Part shown: positions 58,306-64,000 of the stretch, piece by piece
Layout of the letters: each line of letters opens with the position of its first letter
How positions within the stretch are numbered: the first letter of the stretch is position 1
From: Candidatus Latescibacterota bacterium
GTDB taxonomy: Bacteria; Latescibacterota; UBA2968; GCA-2709665
Assembly: GCA_963667175.2 (NCBI GenBank)
Contig: CAXXXF010000015.1
Location: 576,001 to 640,000 of the forward strand
Direction: 5' to 3'
DNA: 64,000 nucleotides
Notes under the pieces: model-generated
Databases searched by the model: none
Told to the model about the DNA's origin: nothing
What the model saw: only the letters and a program-made list of their open reading frames with translations
Position numbers and translations under genes: made by a program

Positions 58306-59265
58306 TCATTGCAAATGCTTCCTTACTTCGTCCAGCAACGTCCGTTTCGCCTCGTCTATGCGCTTTTCAATCCTGCAGCCCGAGGCCCGCGTGTGCCCGC
58401 CTCCGCCAAACGCCGCCGCGACGCGGTTCACATCGACTGCGCCGCGAGAACGAAGGCTGACGCGGAACCGTCCCGGGGCCTCTTCCTTGAAAAACAACGC
58501 CGCCTGAATCCCGTCGATCGCCATCGCGTGGTCTACCACAGGATCCGGATCGCCGCCCTTGCGGTACGTTTCGTGGTCCACAACGAGTGTGCTCACTCGA
58601 GCGTCGAAATGAAGTTCCAGGGTACTTAAGGCGGCCGCCAGCGTCACCATGGTCTGGTAACTCTCCCGGGCAAACAGCGCATCGGCGATCGCCTCCGGGT
58701 TGGCGCCGAATTCCGCCAGTTCGCCGCAGACCTTTAACGCCCGTTCCGGATGGGAAACCCTGAAAAGCTTGGTATCGAACGCGATTCCCGTGTAAATCTG
58801 GGTGGCGACCGCCGGATTGATTGCCGTTCCGGCAGCCCGAAGCAGTCCATAGACCAGTTCGCTGGCGGAACTAGCCGAACGGTCCACGATGCGGACGTCG
58901 CCCTCCGGCTTGCGGAAAGCGTGATGATCGATGATCATCGTGCGTGCGTCCTCACGGAGAAGGCGCCCCACGTCGCCCACTCGTTGCGGGTCCAGCGTTG
59001 GCGTGTCCACCAATACCGCCCGGCCAAACGCCGGCGGATCCACAAGCGACCTGTACAGTTCAATATGGTTAAATCCCGGCAGAAAAGCAAATTTCGGATT
59101 CAACGTCTCATCGCTGACGACGAGTCGGCACGCCCGCTCTTTCTGGACGAGCATTTCCCTCAACGCCAGCAGGCATCCAATCCCATCCCCGTCTGCATTG
59201 ACGTGGGTTGAGACCAGATACGGTTCGTCGGGGTCGAAAAAGGACAACGCCGCGGTATAGTCCAT
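58306..59265 (-). CDS. nrnA: DHH/DHHA1 phosphoesterase (nanoRNase)
   Basis: THVNADGD, IIDHH, VSLRS, FGGGGH..ASG. Confidence 0.88.
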   Translation of the reverse strand: MDYTAALSFFDPDEPYLVSTHVNADGDGIGCLLALREMLVQKERACRLVVSDETLNPKFAFLPGFNHIELYRSLVDPPAFGRAVLVDTPTLDPQRVGDVGRLLREDARTMIIDHHAFRKPEGDVRIVDRSASSASELVYGLLRAAGTAINPAVATQIYTGIAFDTKLFRVSHPERALKVCGELAEFGANPEAIADALFARESYQTMVTLAAALSTLELHFDARVSTLVVDHETYRKGGDPDPVVDHAMAIDGIQAALFFKEEAPGRFRVSLRSRGAVDVNRVAAAFGGGGHTRASGCRIEKRIDEAKRTLLDEVRKHLQ

Positions 59266-59266
59266 A

Positions 59267-59428
59267 GCAGTCCGTTGAAAAAGTCGCTCTGCAGGCGAGG
59301 CCGAGTCATTGTGGCCGAAGACAAGGCGCGCGACCGACGCGAATCCCTGGATTCGGGGAGGGAGCGCAACGCCGTATTTCGGTCACAAGGGCCGGACGCA
59401 GACCGGATGGACTTTATCAACGGGCTGC
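59267..59428. mobile_element. MITE, 162 bp, with 19-bp imperfect terminal inverted repeats
   Basis: GCAGTCCGTTGAAAAAGTC ... GACTTTATCAACGGGCTGC, flanked by CATA on both sides; partial copies at 14744, 57240 and 62266. Confidence 0.78.
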
Positions 59429-59454
59429 CATAGTCCGGCTTCGAAACCGTCCCT

Positions 59455-60294
59455 TCAGTGTTCTGTTCCGGAAACAGGTTGACTGACTTCGTCCGTCGAG
59501 CCGCGCGTTCGATGCCGCGCGGCCCCACGCTCTTCGATTTTCCGCAATACGAAATGGACCCGATCCGACCCCTCGTCGGGCGCGCGGAAGCCGAATCCGC
59601 CGTAAGCCGCTTCCAGGGAAAACGGAGACTGCTCCAGCGCGGCCTGCATATCCGGCAGTGCGTATATCCGCTGACGATGCACCTCTTCCACGGCTTCGTC
59701 GGTCCGCTCGAACCGGATCTTGAAGCGGTTGAACTGAATCCCGTTCCTGTAAAAGCTCTCGCGGACGTACCTGAACCCGTCTCCGCGGTCTCTATCGGTC
59801 AACTTGCGAAAGTACCTCAGCGAGTTCGCTTCGGTGCAAACGTCGAATATAAAAAGACCGTGCGGCAGCAGAATGGCGTGGACTTCCTTCAATGCCCGGA
59901 CGACGTCATCGAGCGTCATCAGATAATTCATGCTGTCGTACAGACACAGTGCAGCCTCGTATCTCGGCAGCCCGGTCAGGTCAAGCAGGTTTCTGTGGAA
60001 GAACTCCACGCTGTGCCCGGACCTTCGCGTCTTGTCTTCCGCCACGTCCAGCATTTCCCGGCAACTGTCCGCCCCGGAGGCGAGAAAGGCCCGTTTTCGC
60101 AATTCCAACGCCATACTGCCAGTGCCGCATGCGAGATCCAGCACCCGTGACGGCGTGGCGTTGTGTCGCGCGAAGACCGCTTCTATATAGTCCGCCCACT
60201 GCACATAGTCCACGTGCCGCATCACGTAGTCATAGATCTCCGAAAGCCGGGTGTACGGTTGGACGGTAGACGGATTTTTCTTTCGTCCGAGCAT
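59455..60294 (-). CDS. Class I SAM-dependent methyltransferase
   Basis: VLDLACGTG, CLYDSMNY, GLFIFD. Confidence 0.9.
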   Translation of the reverse strand: MLGRKKNPSTVQPYTRLSEIYDYVMRHVDYVQWADYIEAVFARHNATPSRVLDLACGTGSMALELRKRAFLASGADSCREMLDVAEDKTRRSGHSVEFFHRNLLDLTGLPRYEAALCLYDSMNYLMTLDDVVRALKEVHAILLPHGLFIFDVCTEANSLRYFRKLTDRDRGDGFRYVRESFYRNGIQFNRFKIRFERTDEAVEEVHRQRIYALPDMQAALEQSPFSLEAAYGGFGFRAPDEGSDRVHFVLRKIEERGAARHRTRGSTDEVSQPVSGTEH

Positions 60295-60300
60295 AAATCC

Positions 60301-60329
60301 AATATAAACAGGACACAGGGAAAGGGCAA
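60301..60329 (-). promoter_or_regulatory. Putative sigma70 promoter for a leaderless methyltransferase mRNA
   Basis: TTGCCC-N17-TATATT, 6 nt upstream of ATG 60294; no SD sequence. Confidence 0.5.
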
Positions 60330-60370
60330 ACGCCAAGCCCGCGCACCTTCGGCTTCCGGTCTGCGCGCAC

Positions 60371-60521
60371 AAAAAACCAGCCCCGGGGGCTGGACTCCTT
60401 CGACCTATTCATCAGGAAGCGGCTACGCCCTGGAGCCGCTCCAGGAACACACGATCAGCGAAGCCATCGCGGCGAGACGGGATGAATCGCCGCCCGAATA
60501 GAGAGGTGATTTTGGGGCAGG
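60371..60521. ncRNA. Candidate structured RNA (6S-like rod or attenuator) ending in a minus-strand terminator
   Basis: Nested pairings GCCCC/GGGGC, CTATTC/GAATAG and GCGGC/GCCGC enclose two hairpins; minus-strand CCAGCCC-CCG-GGGCTGG-TTTTTT. Confidence 0.4.
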
Positions 60522-60794
60522 CTAAAAGTCAGTCGCTTCACGGGATTCGTCGCGCAGCACCTGGTAATACGATCTGGCATCCGCACGGGAGACGTTTCCC
60601 GCGGGCAACTCCAGAATTTCCAGTTCCAGGTACCGATCCAGAAACGAGATGCTCACGCGTCTGCCTGGCCGGACGGCCTGTCCCGGCTTCGCCCGCCGTC
60701 CGTCAAGCGTCACGATTCCGTTCTCGCAGGCGCGTTTTGCCTCGGACCGCCGCCGCGTCAAACAACATCGTTTCAGGTATAGATCCAGCCGCAT
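60522..60794 (-). CDS. S4-domain RNA-binding protein (YabO/Hsp15-like)
   Basis: MRLDLYLK...RRRSEAKRAC..G.V.LDGRRAKP. Confidence 0.88.
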   Translation of the reverse strand: MRLDLYLKRCCLTRRRSEAKRACENGIVTLDGRRAKPGQAVRPGRRVSISFLDRYLELEILELPAGNVSRADARSYYQVLRDESREATDF

Positions 60795-60899
60795 GTTGAA
60801 TTGAACGCCCGTTGTCGACTCTGTTTCGGGAATTTCGCGCTACCGGATCCGTCCAGGGACAACAGACCGGCGGCGGTGGAACCGGGACGCGCCGTGAAC

Positions 60900-62204
60900 T
60901 CACTCCTGCGGCCGGCTACCGTACCCCAGATCGTAGGGACGAACTTCCACGTAGAGACGCGCCCGTGTTTCCGCGATTACCTCGTCAAACCGCTCTTGCA
61001 GGCGTACCTGTTGGATGATTCCCTCTATGGCTTCCTGGTCGTCGTTCACCTTTACGACATGCCATCCGTACTCCGTCTGTACCGGGGCGCTCACTTCGCC
61101 CATGCGCATGGTTTTCACGACGGCCGAGAATTCTGACGGTAAATTTTCCGTCGTGAACGGTCCGGGAAGCCGCCCGCCCTTCTTGGCGGTCTCCTCGTGC
61201 ACGGAATGTTTTCTGGCCAATTCCGCGAAGTCAGCCCCAGCCTGAACCTTCTTTGCCAGTTCGAGCGCCTTGTCGTAGGCCTTCTTCACGTCCCGCGTCG
61301 AGGGTTGCAGCGGGATGAGTATGTGCCGCGCCCTTACCTGGTCGCCGGCCGCCGCCTCAACCTTGATGACGTGGTAACCGAACTTCGTCTTGACCGGCGC
61401 GCTGACCTCCCCGGGCCGCAGCGCAAAGGCAGCCTCCTCGAACGCCGGAACCATCCGTCCTCGCGGGAAATATCCCAGGTCGCCGCCATCCTCCCTGCTG
61501 CCGACGTCGCTGGAAACCTGCCGGGCCAGCGTTGCGAAGTCTTCACCCTTTTTCAAGCGGTCGATGATCTCGTTCGCCTGCGCTCTGACTTCCGCGTCGC
61601 GATCGTCGGAGGCTTCGATCGCCAGCAGAATATGACTGATACTCAACAACGGTGGCAGTTCGTCCTTATATCGGGCCTTATAGTCCTGAACGTCCTTGAA
61701 TGACACTTCGACCTGTTCGCTCAGGCGCGTGTACATCTGGTGGCGCAGGAAATCCTTTCGCGTCTTCTGACGATACTGGTCACGCAGATCCCGTTCCGTC
61801 ACACCCCCTTCGGCAAGCTGGCCTGCAAACGCCTCTTCGCCATGTTCCGCCTTGAGTTCCCGAATCTGGGACCGAACCGCGCGTTCGATGACCTCCTCGT
61901 CTACCTCGATGCTGTCCTCTTCCGCCCTGGCCAGCAGCAGTTTTTCCTGGATCATGTTCTCCAGGATAACCTCGAACAATTCGCTCACCCTGTCCGGCGT
62001 GAGATCCTCCCTGCTCATCCCCTGCTGCATGGCAACCAGCGCCATGTTCGACATCACGTCGGAGCGCAGGACGATCTGATCGTCCACTACCGCCACAATC
62101 TGGTCGAGTAGCTGCGGCTTTGCCGAGGCGCTCGCGGCGAACATCGTCGCCAGAGCCGCCGCCAGGATGACACGCACGCGCCTTGAACAAGCTGTTGTCA
62201 TCAT
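60900..62204 (-). CDS. surA: SurA-like periplasmic peptidyl-prolyl isomerase
   Basis: Signal peptide, DQIVAVVDDQIVL.SD, two parvulin domains (SHILL, F..LA...S.D..S...GGDLG, KTKFGYHVI). Confidence 0.88.
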   Translation of the reverse strand: MMTTACSRRVRVILAAALATMFAASASAKPQLLDQIVAVVDDQIVLRSDVMSNMALVAMQQGMSREDLTPDRVSELFEVILENMIQEKLLLARAEEDSIEVDEEVIERAVRSQIRELKAEHGEEAFAGQLAEGGVTERDLRDQYRQKTRKDFLRHQMYTRLSEQVEVSFKDVQDYKARYKDELPPLLSISHILLAIEASDDRDAEVRAQANEIIDRLKKGEDFATLARQVSSDVGSREDGGDLGYFPRGRMVPAFEEAAFALRPGEVSAPVKTKFGYHVIKVEAAAGDQVRARHILIPLQPSTRDVKKAYDKALELAKKVQAGADFAELARKHSVHEETAKKGGRLPGPFTTENLPSEFSAVVKTMRMGEVSAPVQTEYGWHVVKVNDDQEAIEGIIQQVRLQERFDEVIAETRARLYVEVRPYDLGYGSRPQE

Positions 62205-62265
62205 GCCTTTTCTCCGAATGTCGGACAGATGCCCACCGCCGTGCACGGAATGCGCTGCAATGATC

Positions 62266-62334
62266 CGGTCGCGCGCCTTGTCTTCGGCCACAATGACTCG
62301 GCCTCGCCTGCAGAGCGACTTTATAAACGGACTG
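62266..62334 (-). mobile_element. Half copy of the 59267 MITE
   Basis: CGGTCGCGCGCCTTGTCTTCGGCCACAATGACTCGGCCTCGCCTGCAGAGCGACTTT is the reverse complement of ~59280-59336. Confidence 0.75.
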
Positions 62335-62418
62335 TTAGCTGACGGCCCGCGCATCGTATGGTTCCAAATGAACCGCCCAGGAAAAAGACTGCCGGAAGTC
62401 GGCCGGGAATATATGCGC

Positions 62419-64000
62419 TCAAACGAGGCTATGCAACACCATTTTGGCATTTGCAAGGCGTTCGCCGGGGCTCTGGCCATCCAACTCGGCCTCGATAAGC
62501 ACCTGTTCGCCCAGGGAAAAATGCAGCGGGACAGGCGCAGCCGCCACCCAGTCCTCCACCTGCTTCCGCGTCAGCGTGCGGTCCTTCGGAAACGCGACCG
62601 CCAACATCCGACCCGTCCTTACCGTGCGCGCGCGAAGCTGCCGCGCCAGCAGCCGCACGGTTATTTTGTCAAGCAGCGCCGCAACGGGCGCCGGCAACCG
62701 GCCGAACCGGTCCGTCATCTCCTCTTCCAGCGCCAGGACCTCCACCGTCTGCAGGCACTCGCCCAGCCGCTGGTAAAACTGCATCTTCAGATCTTCATCA
62801 GAAATATACGCTTCCGGAATATAGGCGGAGACGGCCACCTGCACCTCCGGCTCGGCCGCAGGTTCGGCCTCATTGCCGTGAACCTGAGCGATGGCTTCAT
62901 CCAGCAGCCGGCAGTAGAGTTCGAATCCTACCGCCGCGATATGCCCGTGCTGCTGCGCCCCCAGCAGATTGCCCGTCCCACGGATCTCCATGTCCCGCAT
63001 TGAAATGTTGAAGCCGGAACCCAGATCCGCGAATTCCTCGATGGCGCGCAGACGACGGACCGCGGGCTTTTTCAGTGATTTCCACGAAGGAATCAGAAGA
63101 TACGCATACGCCTGCCGCGCGGAACGTCCCACGCGGCCGCGAAGCTGGTAGAGTTGTGCGAGTCCCATCCGGTCGGCGCGGTTCACAATCAGCGTATTCA
63201 CACTCGGAATATCCAGCCCCGACTCGATAATCATCGTGGAAACCAGACAGTCGTACCGGCCTTCGAGAAAATCCATCATCACCTTTTCAAGTTGTCTTTC
63301 CGGCATCTGACCATGGGCGACCCCAAAACGCACCTGCGGGACGAGCCGCTCGAGGAAATTTACAATGGCGGGCATCGACTGCACCCTGTTGTGGACAAAA
63401 TACACCTGCCCGTCCCGGTCTATCTCCCGCAGGATGGCCTCCGCAACCCTCTCTTCGTCAAACGGGAGGACTTCGGTCGTAATCGGCAGGCGGTCTTTCG
63501 GAGGCGTACGGATAATCGACATATCCCGGGCCCCCATCAGGGACATATGGAGCGTCCTGGGAATCGGAGTCGCCGTCAGCGTCAGGACGTCCACCTGCCG
63601 CCGTATCTGCTTCAGCCGCTCCTTATGGCGAACGCCGAACCTGTGCTCTTCGTCTATCACGAGCAATCCCAGATCCCTGAACCGAACGTCCTGCGACAAC
63701 AGGCGGTGTGTGCCCACCGCAACGTCCACCCGTCCGGCCGTCAGGCCTTCGAGAGCCGTCCGCTGCTCTCGTGGCGTTCGAAACCGGCTCAACACGTCGA
63801 CGGTAACGGGCAAGCCGTCCATTCGTTCCAGGAACGTCCGGAAATGCTGCTGCGCCAGAATGGTGGTTGGCGCCAGCACCGCAACCTGCTTTCCATCGGC
63901 CACGGCCTTGAATGCGGCGCGTACCGCCACTTCGGTCTTCCCGTATCCAACGTCGCCGCACACCAGGCGGTCCATCGGCGCCGACTGTTCCATGTCCTTT
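62419..64000 (-). CDS. mfd: Transcription-repair coupling factor, C-terminal part (start lies beyond the window)
   Basis: MDRLVCGDVGYGKTEVA, DEEHRFGV, TATPIPRTL, QLRGRVGR, DMEIRGTGNLLG, TRCF domain. Confidence 0.97.
   Translation of the reverse strand, partial: KDMEQSAPMDRLVCGDVGYGKTEVAVRAAFKAVADGKQVAVLAPTTILAQQHFRTFLERMDGLPVTVDVLSRFRTPREQRTALEGLTAGRVDVAVGTHRLLSQDVRFRDLGLLVIDEEHRFGVRHKERLKQIRRQVDVLTLTATPIPRTLHMSLMGARDMSIIRTPPKDRLPITTEVLPFDEERVAEAILREIDRDGQVYFVHNRVQSMPAIVNFLERLVPQVRFGVAHGQMPERQLEKVMMDFLEGRYDCLVSTMIIESGLDIPSVNTLIVNRADRMGLAQLYQLRGRVGRSARQAYAYLLIPSWKSLKKPAVRRLRAIEEFADLGSGFNISMRDMEIRGTGNLLGAQQHGHIAAVGFELYCRLLDEAIAQVHGNEAEPAAEPEVQVAVSAYIPEAYISDEDLKMQFYQRLGECLQTVEVLALEEEMTDRFGRLPAPVAALLDKITVRLLARQLRARTVRTGRMLAVAFPKDRTLTRKQVEDWVAAAPVPLHFSLGEQVLIEAELDGQSPGERLANAKMVLHSLV

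Noticed and set aside
57213-62480. N-terminal extensions of tmk, the methyltransferase and surA in the ORF track
   Set aside because: They run through MITE or promoter DNA, and better-supported starts lie downstream.

Overview
GC-rich bacterial chromosomal window. The gene content (PhyH-like dioxygenase, Gfo/Idh/MocA, heparinase, BNR, ABC permeases) resembles FCB-group/Latescibacterota-like genomes, which is inference only. Bases 3.3-37.8 kb hold an expanded MacB/FtsX-type ABC export locus: eight paralogous ~790-aa permeases (one frameshifted, one split by a complete IS256 with a 9-bp target duplication), one ATPase, one adaptor protein, an ECF sigma factor and a divergent sigma54 two-component system. 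Four copies of a sigma54 promoter/enhancer module with near-constant spacing lie upstream of these genes. Paralogs have near-identical DNA at their ends but divergent middles, and the distal ones are joined by conserved repeat linkers. The most unusual signal is a family of 27-36 nt bulged hairpins (CCTGCCTG-[CG bulge]-stem-loop-CAGGCAGG). They insert without target duplication into other repeats, into each other, and in frame into the conserved C-x-x-H motif of the IS256 transposase. Bases 37.8-64 kb carry catabolic genes and a long minus-strand housekeeping run (mfd, surA-like, nrnA, argF, tmk, S41 protease, larE, def, pncB, moaD/E). Oddities there include a capped MoaD, a GyrA-like helical insert in the S41 protease and a candidate structured RNA.
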